Positions 10,281 to 20,703 of a stretch of DNA of 64,000 nt are shown here, piece by piece (the stretch's first letter is position 1; every line of letters begins with the position of its first letter). Under the pieces are notes generated by a model that was given only the letters and a program-made list of their open reading frames with translations, did no database searches and was not told the DNA's origin. The translations under genes were made by a program, and so were the position numbers. The stretch is from the NCBI GenBank assembly GCA_918797485.1, contig CAKKNE010000001.1:3100001-3164000 (forward strand). Direction: 5' to 3'. Source of the stretch: Pelagomonas calceolata. Taxonomy: Eukaryota.

Positions 10281-10979
10281 TTACCAGTCATAGTCCACAA
10301 AACCCTGCTCCGACTTGTGCCGCGCGCCCGACGTCGACGTGAACTTCTTCTTTTGTTGCGTGTGGTGGGGCGGCCAGAGCTGGCCGCAGTCCGAGATGAT
10401 GACCTCCTGCGACGGCTTGCCAAACTGGCTGCCGACTTGGTCGATCGCGAATAAAGTTCTGAGAGATTCCCGGTTCCGCAACACCCCGAACACGACGTGG
10501 CGCTCGTCCCATTCCGGCTTGGCGGCGAACGTGAAGAAGAACTGCGACCCGTTGGAATCCAACCCGCGGTTGCACATCGAGAGGCACCCGGCGCCCGTGT
10601 GCCTCAAAATGAAATTCTCGTCCGGGAAGTCGCCCCTCTTAAAAATGCTCCGACTCCACGTGCCGTTGCCGTTTGCGATGTCGCCGCCCTGGCAATGCGA
10701 ATCTCGCACCACCCTACACATCCTGCTGCCCTTATAGTGGAGGTTTATGCATCGACTGTTACCGTGCTCGTCCGTCTCGCGAATGGTGCCTCGTTCCCCC
10801 GTGATCAACTGCCGGAAGTTCTCGCAGGTCAGCGGGCACAGATCCCGCCTTAATTCAATCTCGAGGCGCCCGACCTTCCGCGGGCCGATAGAAATTTCCA
10901 TAAACACTATGGTATTTTCCTCGCGCTTGCCGACCCTCACCTCGGGGTTCTTCTTGAAATTGCGGCGGAGGGCGGCCAT
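10281..10979 (-). CDS. Cyclophilin-type peptidyl-prolyl isomerase
   Basis: CPLTCENFRQL, LHYKGS, CQGGDI, FPDENF, LSMCNRGLDSNGSQFF, HVVFG, VIISDCGQL. Confidence 0.95.
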   Translation of the reverse strand: MAALRRNFKKNPEVRVGKREENTIVFMEISIGPRKVGRLEIELRRDLCPLTCENFRQLITGERGTIRETDEHGNSRCINLHYKGSRMCRVVRDSHCQGGDIANGNGTWSRSIFKRGDFPDENFILRHTGAGCLSMCNRGLDSNGSQFFFTFAAKPEWDERHVVFGVLRNRESLRTLFAIDQVGSQFGKPSQEVIISDCGQLWPPHHTQQKKKFTSTSGARHKSEQGFVDYDW

Positions 10980-11211
10980 CGTTTTTTACGGTGGTGGGGC
11001 AGCCCTTTGGCGCTTGTTTGGCAGCCCTTTGGCTGTGCTGCCACTGGTGGCTCTGAGGCTTGGTGGCGCGGCAGCCCTTCGCGAGCCGCACTGCTGTGCT
11101 TCCAGGCGATGGAATGCACGCTGCGACTGGCGTGCTGGTACTACGTCCGTCCGTTTTGCGCGCGTTGCGAGGCTGCCGGTGGGGCTCCACCGATTTGTTT
11201 TTTAGTGACGG

Positions 11212-12210
11212 CTAGTTTACTACTGGCACGTCGCGCCCCAACCCCAGCGTCGCGCCCGCCACCGCCGCCGCGTCGGCCGCGCCGCCGCCGCCGCCCGAGA
11301 CGATGACCTTGGCATTCGTCGATGTCGCCAGCGCGAGGTCCGCCGCGATCTTCGCGCGCGCGACGAGCAATGCCGCCGCCGCGTCGCCCCGGGCGCCAGC
11401 CAGCGCGCTCCCGATCGAAGCCAGCGCCTCGGCCATGCCCGTCGCTTCTGCCGTGAGGCGCGCGCGCTCGCCCTCGGCCGCCAGCACGACCGCGTCGCGG
11501 CGGCCCGTCGCCGCGTTGACCGCCGCTTCTCTTTTACCCTCCGATTCCAAGACTGCGGCGCGCTTCCGGCGCTCGGCGGCCATCTGCAGCTCCATCGCGG
11601 AAATAATCTCAGGACTTGGCAAGATGTCCCGGACCTCGACCCTCAAGACCTCGACCCCCCAGGCCCGCGACACCGCATTCGCCTCCCGCAGCAAAATGGC
11701 ATTCAGCTGCTCGCGCGCCGTGAAGGTCTCGTCGAGCGTGAGTTGGCCGATCTCCGACCGGAGCTGCGTCAGCACTAAATTCGAGACGCCCAGCCGATAA
11801 TCGTCGATGGCGTACTTGGCCTTGGTCAGATCCGTGATGCGGTAGAAGACGACCGCGTCGGCCGACAGGGGCGCATTATCTTTCGTGATGCATCGCTGCG
11901 CCGGAACGTCGAGGACGCGTTCGCGGATCGACGAGTAGGCCGCTACCGACTCAATGAACGGAAGCTTCGGGTGCAGCCCCGCCGTCAGCGTGCGCTTGTA
12001 GCGCCCGAGCCTTTCAATCAAGCAGGCCTCGCCCTGGCGCACGAACGCGAAGCTGCCCGCGAGCGCCGAGCAGCCGAGGACCGTGCCGCCGAGGAGCGCG
12101 GTGCCCTTCAAGCCAAGTTCTGGCAACGGTGTGGGCGCCGGGCCCCAGGCCTCGCCGGCCGTTTCTTGGAGAGAGCTTGCCAGCAACACAGCTGTGAGGA
12201 GGGAGTGCAT
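11212..12210 (-). CDS. SPFH/band-7 stomatin-like (QmcA/SLP-2-like) membrane protein
   Basis: IERLGRY, GLHPKLPFIE, QRCITKDN, TQLRSEIGQLTLDETF, WGVEVLRVEVRDI, QMAAERRKRA. Confidence 0.95.
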   Translation of the reverse strand: MHSLLTAVLLASSLQETAGEAWGPAPTPLPELGLKGTALLGGTVLGCSALAGSFAFVRQGEACLIERLGRYKRTLTAGLHPKLPFIESVAAYSSIRERVLDVPAQRCITKDNAPLSADAVVFYRITDLTKAKYAIDDYRLGVSNLVLTQLRSEIGQLTLDETFTAREQLNAILLREANAVSRAWGVEVLRVEVRDILPSPEIISAMELQMAAERRKRAAVLESEGKREAAVNAATGRRDAVVLAAEGERARLTAEATGMAEALASIGSALAGARGDAAAALLVARAKIAADLALATSTNAKVIVSGGGGGAADAAAVAGATLGLGRDVPVVN

Positions 12211-12606
12211 GTCTGCAGCAGCGTCGACGGCGCGGCAGCGGCAGCGTCGACGGCGCGGCAGCGGTCACAGCGATTGCGCAAAAGTTGTGCGGGTAACAAG
12301 GATCCGCTGGAAGCTGAGACAATGCAGTAATGGCACTGATGCGGTGAAAAAACCGAGTAGCGCATCGTGCTAGTGTGTCTATTCACTAATAACTCGATCA
12401 GGACCAGCCGCAGGAACGACGCGGCTGGCGCAAAACCGCCTTACCTGACGTCGCGCGTGCTTAGTATTGGAACTGTGCGCTGCGCAAACCAGCTGCGAGA
12501 CCGAGAAACGCTGGTAGATTTAAGTTTCGGCCACTGCGCTGCGCACACGGCTGCTAGAGAACCGCCGCGCCGAGCCACATATTTAAATTTCGGCAGGACA
12601 GCAGGG

Positions 12607-15600
12607 ATGGTCCTCTCCACCTCCTCGGAAGACGAGGCGCCGCCGAAACAAAAGCCCATAACCAAGCCCAAACCGAAACCGAAGCAATCGCTCGGCGCAG
12701 CTTTAACCAAGGGCAGCACCATCGTCACGGCCGAGTCGCTCCTCGCCGAAAAGCCCAAAGTAGTAAAGGGCCTCAGCGGCGCTGAATTAAGGCGGCGCCG
12801 CGACGAGAAGCGCCGCGCCGCCGCCGAGGCGCGGCGGCGCAGCGCCGCGGGCGCCGCGGCGCCCGCGCCCGCGCCCGCGCCGGCCGCCGCGCCGGCCTCC
12901 TCGAAGAAGAAGAAGGCCCGGTCCATTTTAGACAGCGACTCGTCGGACGACGCACGGCCGCCAAAGCCGCCGCCCGCGAAGAAGGCCCGCCCGGCGCCGC
13001 CCTTCGATGGAGCGTCGTCGTCCGATGAAGCACCGGCACCGAAGGCGAAGCGCAAGCCCCCGGCGCCCTTCGATGGAGAGAGTTCCTCCGACGAGGAAGA
13101 GGCTCCTCCACCAAGACCGCCCCCGAAGCGCAAGGAGCGTCCGAAGAAGAAGCCCAGGGGCCCGCGGCCGCCGACGCCCCCGCCCGACCTCGACGCGCTG
13201 CTGGGCGGCGGCATTCAAGGCGGCGACTCCGACGACTCCATGGGCGGCGGCTGGGACCCCTGGGCGGCCCAGAAGAAGAAGAAGACGGCGGCGAAGAAGA
13301 AGGCGCCCCCGAAGCCGCGCAAGGGCGGTTCATCGAGCAAGGGCGGCTCGTCGCGAGCCAAGACCGAGAACCTCTCGTTATCTTCCGGCAGTGAGTCCGA
13401 CGGCCCCGTGCCCGACCCACAAAGTGACGCCTTCCGCATCACGTTCTTCGACGCGCCTGGTAGGGGCGATCTAGTCATTGAGGGCGAGGGCGAGCACTGC
13501 GGCGGCGGGTCCATCACCGTGCCATCGACGATTCATAGATATCTGTTTCCTTACCAGGTCGAGGGCGTGAAGTGGCTCTGGCGCCAGGCGTCGTCCGGCC
13601 GAGGTGGTATTCTCGCGGACGACATGGGTCTGGGCAAGACGCTGCAGACCGTGGCGTTTTTTGCGGCGTTATTGGGGTGCACGGGGTCTCGAAGAACAGA
13701 TAGCGCGGCTGCTAGGAAGCGGCGTAGAGCTGCTAGAAGAGGCGAGGCGCCGGACCCGGATCGAGCACCTGCACTCGTCTTAGCTCCGACCTCACTCCTA
13801 GAAGGCTGGAAGCGAGAACTAGCAAAGTACACGCTGTTGAACGTCAGTGTCGCGAAGACGGGCGCCGAGGCGGCGCAAGCCGCGCGAGATGCCAAGAACG
13901 GCGCGAGGGACGTCCTCGTGACGACGCACTCGCTGGCCAAGAACTTGAGTGACAGCGGTCCCGACCGGTGGAGCTGTGTGATTGTGGACGAGGCCCATGG
14001 GTATAAGAACCCCGCGTCGAAGAGGTATGAAGAACTAAGAGCCATCCAAGCGAGGGCCGACGTGCTTTTTGGCCTGACGGGTACGCCTCTGCAGAACAAC
14101 ATGGATGAATTACACGCATTATTATCATTATGTACAGATGCGGTGCTCGGGAATAAGTCCGACTTCAAGGAGACTTATGAAAATACCATCGCAAGAGGGG
14201 AGCAACGGGGCGCGGACCGGAACGCGCGCGGACTAGCGTCGGAGCGTAGAAAGCAATTGCAGCGCATCACGTCCAAATACATCCTCAGAAGAACCAAAGA
14301 GGAAGAGTTGAGTGAGGAGTTAACTCATGGGAAAGAAGAAAAGATCGTCATGTGCAAGCTATCGCCCTTACAGGCTACCTTGTATCGGAATGTGGTAGAG
14401 TCGCCGGACGTCGAATGCTTGAAACGAGCCAAAGAACCATGCGATTGTGGGAGAGAAGGCGAGAAGCGGGGCAAGTGCTGCCATCGCGCGGATTTGTTAC
14501 CAAGAAAACTTGGTGGTGACTTCGAGGCACGGTGCTATTTTGCTTCTTCATGTAAAAACGGCGACGGCCAGCCCTGCGAGAAGTGCCCCCAGTGTTATAC
14601 TTTTTCTGTGATGTCCAAACTCAGTAAAATAGCGAACCACCCCGAGCTCATTAAGTTGGATGCTAAGTACCGAGACGACGAGGATAAGGTTGCAGATTGT
14701 AAAAAGTTCTGTACGCTGGCTCATGGTTCTGAACCTGCTAGCATCATACGAACGACGCGCTGGAAGGATTTGAGAGATGAGACGCAGGCTGGTAAGCTGG
14801 GCGCATTGCATGGCTTGCTGGACCGCTTCGACCGCGAAAGTCCGCCGGCCAAGGTGCTGATTTTTTCAGCTTCGACACAGACCTTAGATATCTTGGAGGG
14901 CACGTTCAAGACCGTCTACCCCAACTCCGTGCGCATCGACGGCGCCACAAATGGTGCTCAAAGACAAAAAAACGTCGACAAATTTAACAGCGACCCGCAA
15001 GTGTTCCTAGCTTACATCTCCACAAAAGCCGGCGGCACGGGTTTGAACTTACAAGCGGCGAATAGAGTTGTGATATTTGACGTGAACTGGAACCCGACCT
15101 TCGACGCGCAAGCGCAGGATCGAGCGTATAGACTCGGCCAGATGCGCGAGGTCCGCGTCTATAAATTGGTGTCGCGGGGTACGATTGAGGAATTGACCTT
15201 GATGCGGCAGCTCTACAAGAACAAGGTCACGGGCTCTGCCATCGAGGCGAAACAGCGCAAACAAGGCGAATATGACGATCGGCGCTTCAAGGGCGTCAAG
15301 GGCAAAAGGGATGGGGAACTCTTTGGATTGGGCAATTTGCTCAAGTACTCGGAAGACTCGTCGTTCCTGAACGATATACTGGAGGCCGAGGGCGACGAGA
15401 TCGACGAAGATCAATTGGGGGAGAAGCTGTCCGAGAAAAAAGATGATGTTCACGTGCAGGAGCTCATGGGCCAGAGGGAGGAGGAGGAAGCGGCGAAGGA
15501 GGCCGAGGCGAAGGCGCCGTCGCCGGCGCGGAGGCGCGGCGCCAAGGCTCCGGAAGCTGCGGCTGAGGAGGCGAAGGCACCTGGGTCGCGGAAGCATTCC

Positions 15601-15765
15601 GCCAAGGCGCCCATGACGGCCGCCGACGATGACGCGGCGCCGGCGCCCGCAGCCCCGAAGCGGAGTAGCACGGCGTCGGCGCCCTGGGGCGACGTCACCA
15701 AGGACGAGGCGGACGTCAAGGTCGGCGGCGACGACTGGGACGATAGCTCGAGCGACGACTCTTAG
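12607..15765 (+). CDS. ERCC6L2: SNF2-family helicase/ATPase, ERCC6L2 (Rad26-like/SWITCH2) type
   Basis: LFPYQVEGVKWL, GGILADDMGLGKT, IVDEAH, LTGTPLQN, Cys-rich PCDCG...CC...CEKCPQC insert, STKAGGTGLNL, QAQDRAYRLGQ, GELFGLGNLL; first ATG at 12607. Confidence 0.9.
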   Translation: MVLSTSSEDEAPPKQKPITKPKPKPKQSLGAALTKGSTIVTAESLLAEKPKVVKGLSGAELRRRRDEKRRAAAEARRRSAAGAAAPAPAPAPAAAPASSKKKKARSILDSDSSDDARPPKPPPAKKARPAPPFDGASSSDEAPAPKAKRKPPAPFDGESSSDEEEAPPPRPPPKRKERPKKKPRGPRPPTPPPDLDALLGGGIQGGDSDDSMGGGWDPWAAQKKKKTAAKKKAPPKPRKGGSSSKGGSSRAKTENLSLSSGSESDGPVPDPQSDAFRITFFDAPGRGDLVIEGEGEHCGGGSITVPSTIHRYLFPYQVEGVKWLWRQASSGRGGILADDMGLGKTLQTVAFFAALLGCTGSRRTDSAAARKRRRAARRGEAPDPDRAPALVLAPTSLLEGWKRELAKYTLLNVSVAKTGAEAAQAARDAKNGARDVLVTTHSLAKNLSDSGPDRWSCVIVDEAHGYKNPASKRYEELRAIQARADVLFGLTGTPLQNNMDELHALLSLCTDAVLGNKSDFKETYENTIARGEQRGADRNARGLASERRKQLQRITSKYILRRTKEEELSEELTHGKEEKIVMCKLSPLQATLYRNVVESPDVECLKRAKEPCDCGREGEKRGKCCHRADLLPRKLGGDFEARCYFASSCKNGDGQPCEKCPQCYTFSVMSKLSKIANHPELIKLDAKYRDDEDKVADCKKFCTLAHGSEPASIIRTTRWKDLRDETQAGKLGALHGLLDRFDRESPPAKVLIFSASTQTLDILEGTFKTVYPNSVRIDGATNGAQRQKNVDKFNSDPQVFLAYISTKAGGTGLNLQAANRVVIFDVNWNPTFDAQAQDRAYRLGQMREVRVYKLVSRGTIEELTLMRQLYKNKVTGSAIEAKQRKQGEYDDRRFKGVKGKRDGELFGLGNLLKYSEDSSFLNDILEAEGDEIDEDQLGEKLSEKKDDVHVQELMGQREEEEAAKEAEAKAPSPARRRGAKAPEAAAEEAKAPGSRKHSAKAPMTAADDDAAPAPAAPKRSSTASAPWGDVTKDEADVKVGGDDWDDSSSDDS

Positions 15766-15838
15766 TTTGTGTCTGTTAACATTACTCACATACGACGCGG
15801 CGGCCGCGTCCTGGTCGCGGCGATGGCGTGCTCGGGGG

Positions 15839-16915
15839 CTAGATGTGCCGCTCGACCTCCGCGAGCATCGCGTCGAACGTCGGCCGTTTCGCGGGGTCCG
15901 CCAGGCGCGCCTTCGACATGACGCGGTCCAGGACCTTGCGAGGCGCAGAATCTTCCGCATATTTGACGACGCCCGGCAAGAGCCACGGCCGCGACGCGGT
16001 ATCAAAAACGTGCGTCCAGGGCCCCACGGCGACGCAGGCCCCCGCCCTGCAAAGGCCGGCGCTCTCCGGCGCGCCCCGCGCGCCCGCCTCGCAGTCTCCA
16101 GCAACGCCGCAGGCGTGGTGCGCTTTTGTCGAGGGACAGTCGGCGTTCGTCGCACAGTCCGACGGGGGCGGCGCGAGGTTGTTCTTCTGGCGATGGTGCG
16201 ACGTCGCCCGGTAGACCGCCGCGCCCACCGGGAAGGCCCTCAGTAGACTCGGGCCGTCCACGAGGTACACGTCGCCCCGACCGTCCAGGGTGAACTGCTG
16301 CGCCTTGAAGTCGTCCAGCAAAAAGCCGGCCGAAGCCCAGGACCGGAAGCACCGCAGCAGCGCCCTTGCTAATTTCAGGGGTTCGTGCCGCGCCAACTCG
16401 ATAAACTCCGAGGACAGCACGGTGGCTTTGCTCCCCTTGCCCGGCTGGCCCGCGACGCCGATGGGCCGGCCGCCGTCGGCGACGGCGTACCAGACGTGCT
16501 CGCCCTCGCGCCAGGCCCCCAGTAACTCCGGAATGCCCGGCGCGCCCCGTAGCGCCTCGAGGTAGACGAGCTCGAGGTGCACGGCGTCTCCCAATTTGTC
16601 CCGCGTGTGGTTCGCGGACGAGCTTTTGACAATTATCGATTGGTTGCGATACGTGCCTCCCGTCAGCACCTGCTTGGCGTTGCCGCTCGTCACCAGGCGC
16701 ATGCGTCCCTGAATGTCGCGGCGATGTGAGACGGTCCAGCCCTCGAGCGGCCGCGCCCGCGCGGGCACGTGCTCTATCATTGAAAACCACCGATTCAATG
16801 CGTCGGCGCGCCGCACGCGCGGGTCGCTCGCCGTCGGCGCCGGCGTGGCTTGGCCATTGCGGTGGCTGCCTCTGTTTGCGGCCGCAGTGTGCAGCACCAA
16901 CCACAGCAGCATCAT
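15839..16915 (-). CDS. Secreted protein-kinase-like protein (PKDCC/VLK/FAM69-like)
   Basis: Signal peptide MMLLWLVLHTAAA; IIVKSS, LELVYLEALRGAPGIPELLG, DDFKAQQF, YLVDG, Cys-rich CATNADC insert, DPAKRPTF. Confidence 0.75.
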   Translation of the reverse strand: MMLLWLVLHTAAANRGSHRNGQATPAPTASDPRVRRADALNRWFSMIEHVPARARPLEGWTVSHRRDIQGRMRLVTSGNAKQVLTGGTYRNQSIIVKSSSANHTRDKLGDAVHLELVYLEALRGAPGIPELLGAWREGEHVWYAVADGGRPIGVAGQPGKGSKATVLSSEFIELARHEPLKLARALLRCFRSWASAGFLLDDFKAQQFTLDGRGDVYLVDGPSLLRAFPVGAAVYRATSHHRQKNNLAPPPSDCATNADCPSTKAHHACGVAGDCEAGARGAPESAGLCRAGACVAVGPWTHVFDTASRPWLLPGVVKYAEDSAPRKVLDRVMSKARLADPAKRPTFDAMLAEVERHI

Positions 16916-17181
16916 ATTATGGCTGCCCCATGGCTGCAACACAGACCGGTCAGGCCATGGAGCGCCACATTCAGTACATAGCCACGATTTTGTGATTTCG
17001 ACGGGTTTTGTGCCGCTCTAATGGCCGCGTACGCGACGAGAAATGCCTCTCCGCGCGTAAGCGATCGAATTCATCCTCCATGCGCACCTAACTTCCCAGG
17101 CATGGGCTGCCCGCCAGCAGCGCGCGCGGTGCCGGGGCGGCACTGATCGTGCTGCCCATACGCCGTCGAGGCGACGCGGCG

Positions 17182-19038
17182 ATGGCGTGCTGGATGCGCA
17201 CCGCATCGATACTCATCGTCGCCGCGGCCGCCGACCGCGCGCCCTGCGCGAAGCGCCGCGACGCGCCGCTCGACTGCCCGCGCGCCACCGAGACTGACGT
17301 AAAGTGGACCTTCCACGACGCGCGCCGCACGGACAACGGCGACCGCTACTTCACGGCGCTCCCCGGCGGGACCTTCGTCGCGCGGAGCCGGGGCCCGCAG
17401 GGCTCGGTCCTCTGGGGCGACGGCACTCGAGCGCCGGACGTGCTTTTGTGCGGCGACGCGGCGCACAACGTCGCAGCACTACACGTGCCGGGCCTAGGAG
17501 TCGTGCTGCTCGGGGGCCGCTCGTCGCAGAAGGACGTGAGGAGGCGGCTCGCGGGCACGTGTCCGGAGGGCGTGGAGCGCGACCGGCGGAAGAGCGGCGT
17601 CCGCGCGTATCTTCTGAAGAAGGGTCATGTGGAGCCGCTCTTCGGCGGCCGTTCTATTATAGACGGCTCGGGCCGCGTGCCGGGCTGCGTCGAGGGGCGG
17701 TCGCGAGGCATGTGGTGCGAGTTCGACGGACGGCTCTCGGCGACGGTTTTCAGGGGCCGTCTGCATTTGTTCGCCCGCGCAAACGTGCGCATGGGCATCC
17801 GGGCCGTGCAGCACACGTCCGTGGACGTGAAGGCCTTTTCGAAGGGCCAAGTGCCGCTGCCCTGGAGGCGCTGGGAGCCCGTCGAGTTCGCTTCCTACTC
17901 GTTTTCGCGGTCCCACGTCTACTTCGCCTGCGTCGACGCGTTCGAGGATACGTTGGTCGCGCTGGCGCCCGTGTCGTTTCCCGAGAGAAAAGAAGCGGGC
18001 ATCTACGCGGCCTTTTCCATCGATGGGCGGGCGTGGTCGCCCTTGGTCAAAATCCGAGACAGCCCCTTCGCGGGCGAGCGCCAGGTCGACCACCCGGCCT
18101 GTGGATTATTGGTCGAGAAGGACGACGTCGTGTTGCACGTGCAGCGCGAGGTCGGCGGCATTAGGGACCACTACAACACCTCAGAACCATCAAAGGACTC
18201 GTCGCTCGCGCGCATGACCCTCTCACGACATGCTTTCGCGGACCTGGCTCATAACGCCCTGGCCACGATCGGCGACCCCCGCGCGCTCCATAGCTGTCGA
18301 ACGGTCTACGGCGCGCGCGGCGAGTACAGCGTCGTGACGACGGAGGACGCCATCCGTGGTAAAAGCGCGCGGCCGGCCTACGCCTGCGGTCTCAAGGCCC
18401 CCTACGGTCGTTTTGTAGATCTGGCGGACGGATCGGACCCCGCATTCTTCCTGGAAATCCCCAAGACGGGCTCCACGACCCTCAAGCGATGGCTCGGGCG
18501 GCCCTTCGCGGAGAACAAGAGAAATAAACGCTTTGAGATCCATAGAAGCTTCACGGTCGTCCGCGAGCCGTTGCAGCGCTTCCTGAGCGGCTACGGCACG
18601 GTCCGGCACCGCGCGTCTCGGTCGGGCCACTGGTGGCCCTTCAACACGACCATGAGTGAACCAGAGAAGTTCGAGGCCTTTGTGGATTTGCTGCGAAGGG
18701 AGGGCGACGGCCTCGTCACATCGCGGCCCAAAGAAGGATGTTTGTGGTTCCACGTCATGTCGCAGACCTGGTTCCTCGAATTGCTCGGGCGGCCGATCGA
18801 CCGCGTCTTGCGCCTCGAAAGTCTAGAGGATGATTTGAAGGTCCTGTTACGGGACCTGCCCTTGTTGGACCCCCGCAACCAGACGCTCGAGCCGTCGCTG
18901 CCGCCGAAGCAGAACACCGTCGAGGGCAACTTCGACACGCGCACGTTGTTGAAGACGAGTCCCCGCGGCGTGCGAAGCGCGTTGCTGTACCTCCGGCAGG
19001 ACTACGAATGCTTGGGGTACGAGGTCCCTGTAATGTAA
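17182..19038 (+). CDS. Protein with N-terminal beta-propeller glycosidase-like region and C-terminal Sulfotransfer_2 (carbohydrate sulfotransferase) domain
   Basis: 5'-PSB FLEIPKTGSTT, 3'-PB FTVVREPLQRFLSGY, HVMSQ, LRLESLEDD, DYECLGY; Asp-box-like AFSIDGRAWS in the N-half. Start codon uncertain. Confidence 0.8.
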   Translation: MACWMRTASILIVAAAADRAPCAKRRDAPLDCPRATETDVKWTFHDARRTDNGDRYFTALPGGTFVARSRGPQGSVLWGDGTRAPDVLLCGDAAHNVAALHVPGLGVVLLGGRSSQKDVRRRLAGTCPEGVERDRRKSGVRAYLLKKGHVEPLFGGRSIIDGSGRVPGCVEGRSRGMWCEFDGRLSATVFRGRLHLFARANVRMGIRAVQHTSVDVKAFSKGQVPLPWRRWEPVEFASYSFSRSHVYFACVDAFEDTLVALAPVSFPERKEAGIYAAFSIDGRAWSPLVKIRDSPFAGERQVDHPACGLLVEKDDVVLHVQREVGGIRDHYNTSEPSKDSSLARMTLSRHAFADLAHNALATIGDPRALHSCRTVYGARGEYSVVTTEDAIRGKSARPAYACGLKAPYGRFVDLADGSDPAFFLEIPKTGSTTLKRWLGRPFAENKRNKRFEIHRSFTVVREPLQRFLSGYGTVRHRASRSGHWWPFNTTMSEPEKFEAFVDLLRREGDGLVTSRPKEGCLWFHVMSQTWFLELLGRPIDRVLRLESLEDDLKVLLRDLPLLDPRNQTLEPSLPPKQNTVEGNFDTRTLLKTSPRGVRSALLYLRQDYECLGYEVPVM

Positions 19039-19069
19039 TAGTACAATTAACAGTCACGACAACATGCGT

Positions 19070-20190
19070 CTAGGGCGACAGGTCTCGGCGCTGGCGCGCG
19101 ACGAGCTCCGCGCGCCGAGCCGTCCGCGGGGAACGCGGGCTTGCGGGCGCGTGGTCCCACAACAACTTGCAGTGCACCGAGTGGACCGCGACGGTGGCCA
19201 CGACTGCGACCACGACCCAGACGACGACCAACGCGACGGGCGCTTTCCGGAAGGCGCTGCCCAGGATGCCCCAGTCGTCCTCCGCCAACCTGCGTGGAAA
19301 TCAAATTTTGGGCGCCCAACGCCATCGACGCGACGTCGTCCCCGTAACTGCATCTGCTCCATTCCTGCGTCTGCTCGATGGCGTTCAGGATAACCCAACT
19401 CACTACTGGTTGATTTCCACACGGCCGCCGACGCCCCCACGAAGGACTGCACCGTGTAGGCCCGCACGAGCGCCGACGGCAGCTGCAGGAGCTGCGTCGC
19501 GAGCCAAGCGACGGCAAAGAAGGCCAGCGACGCGTCGCAGCGCGTCGCGAGGAAGTAGAGCGTGACCATCTCGTCGCAGCCATACGCACTTCCTAATAAT
19601 GCCACCGTCACGACGCGCCACGCGACGGAGTAGTCTCCGGTGGATATCCTACGCTTCCACTCCCTGTCCAGCACGCGCAGCAACCGGACGACGTCCCTCG
19701 GGAGATATTTCCGAATCTTCTTGCCCTCGCGACTCTTGTCCAGCACGAGCGCGACCTTGTCGGTGTAGACGTAGCGGATGCCCACGAACCAGACGCAGTC
19801 GAGCATCTGCCAGGCCTGGTACAGGAAGCCGGCCCGCAGCCACCCGAGCCGCGCGACCAGATAGAATATCGTCAACAGGCCGATGGGCATCGCGTAGTAC
19901 AGCGGCGGCAGTAGCCGCCGACAGCCCTGGACGGCCACGTAGCCTAGAAAGTAGGCGTAGAGCGGGATGTGCTTGAGCAGCCAGTTCTTCATCGTCAGGA
20001 GCGCGGCGCCGACCTCCTTGTTCAGGAGCACGAGCGCAACAATTAAACCCACGAGGACCATGAGTTTGAAGCACTCGTGCGTGAGGTCGGGCTCGTCGTC
20101 GCTGTCCTCGTCGTCGCGTGCGGCCGGCGCCGCGGCGCGCAGATCGTCCGCGCTGGCGGTCGGCACGAGCTGAAGCGACGACGACGGCAT
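19070..20190 (-). CDS. Multi-pass membrane protein (possibly DedA/VTT-like); exons 20190-19433 and 19289-19070
   Basis: Several hydrophobic helices. Splicing the introner gives VQSFVGA|LAEDDWGILGSAFRKAPVALVVVWVVVAVV with a final TM helix. Confidence 0.75.
19290..19432 (-). mobile_element. Introner element forming an intron (TIR CYGYGTGGAAATCA; 8-bp TSD GTCGGCGG/GTTGGCGG supplies the GT donor)
   Basis: Minus strand reads GTCGGCGG-CCGTGTGGAAATCA...TGATTTCCACGCAG-GTTGGCGG; removal restores the reading frame. Confidence 0.9.
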
Positions 20191-20703
20191 GTTAGTGCAT
20201 CTCTGCTTCTTCTAATCCAGCGCTGCGGCTGCGTCGGCTCGCGCGCAGCGTTTTGCTGCTTTTTTGCTGGTTTGAGGTTTGAGGGGATGCGGCAACGCGC
20301 GCGCCGAATTCGTGCGAGTTCGCGCTGCGTGGGAATGCTGCGGTAACGTTTAGCGTCAAATCACCATTTATAAAGGCGTTCACGCAACAGGTACGCCTAC
20401 GCGCTTGCTTTTGCGCTAGTGTCTTACATCCGCTAGCTCGGCTAAGCTGCCTCGCGCGCGTGCTGGCCCGCTGAGGCCATTACAGCCGGCTCCTGAGTCG
20501 TTCGTGACAGCATCACTCGTTTCGTGCGCGCAGCCCTCGTTTCGTGCACGTCTTCGATCGCTGTGCAGCAATGGCGCTTCGCAGAGCGTCTACTCTCCTG
20601 CCAGCCGCCGCGGCACCGATAGCCCTGTGCAGCACGCGGCCGACGCCGTCGGAGCGGGAGGCGCTGCGGGACCGCGCGGAACGCGAAGGTACCTGAGAGC
20701 GGT

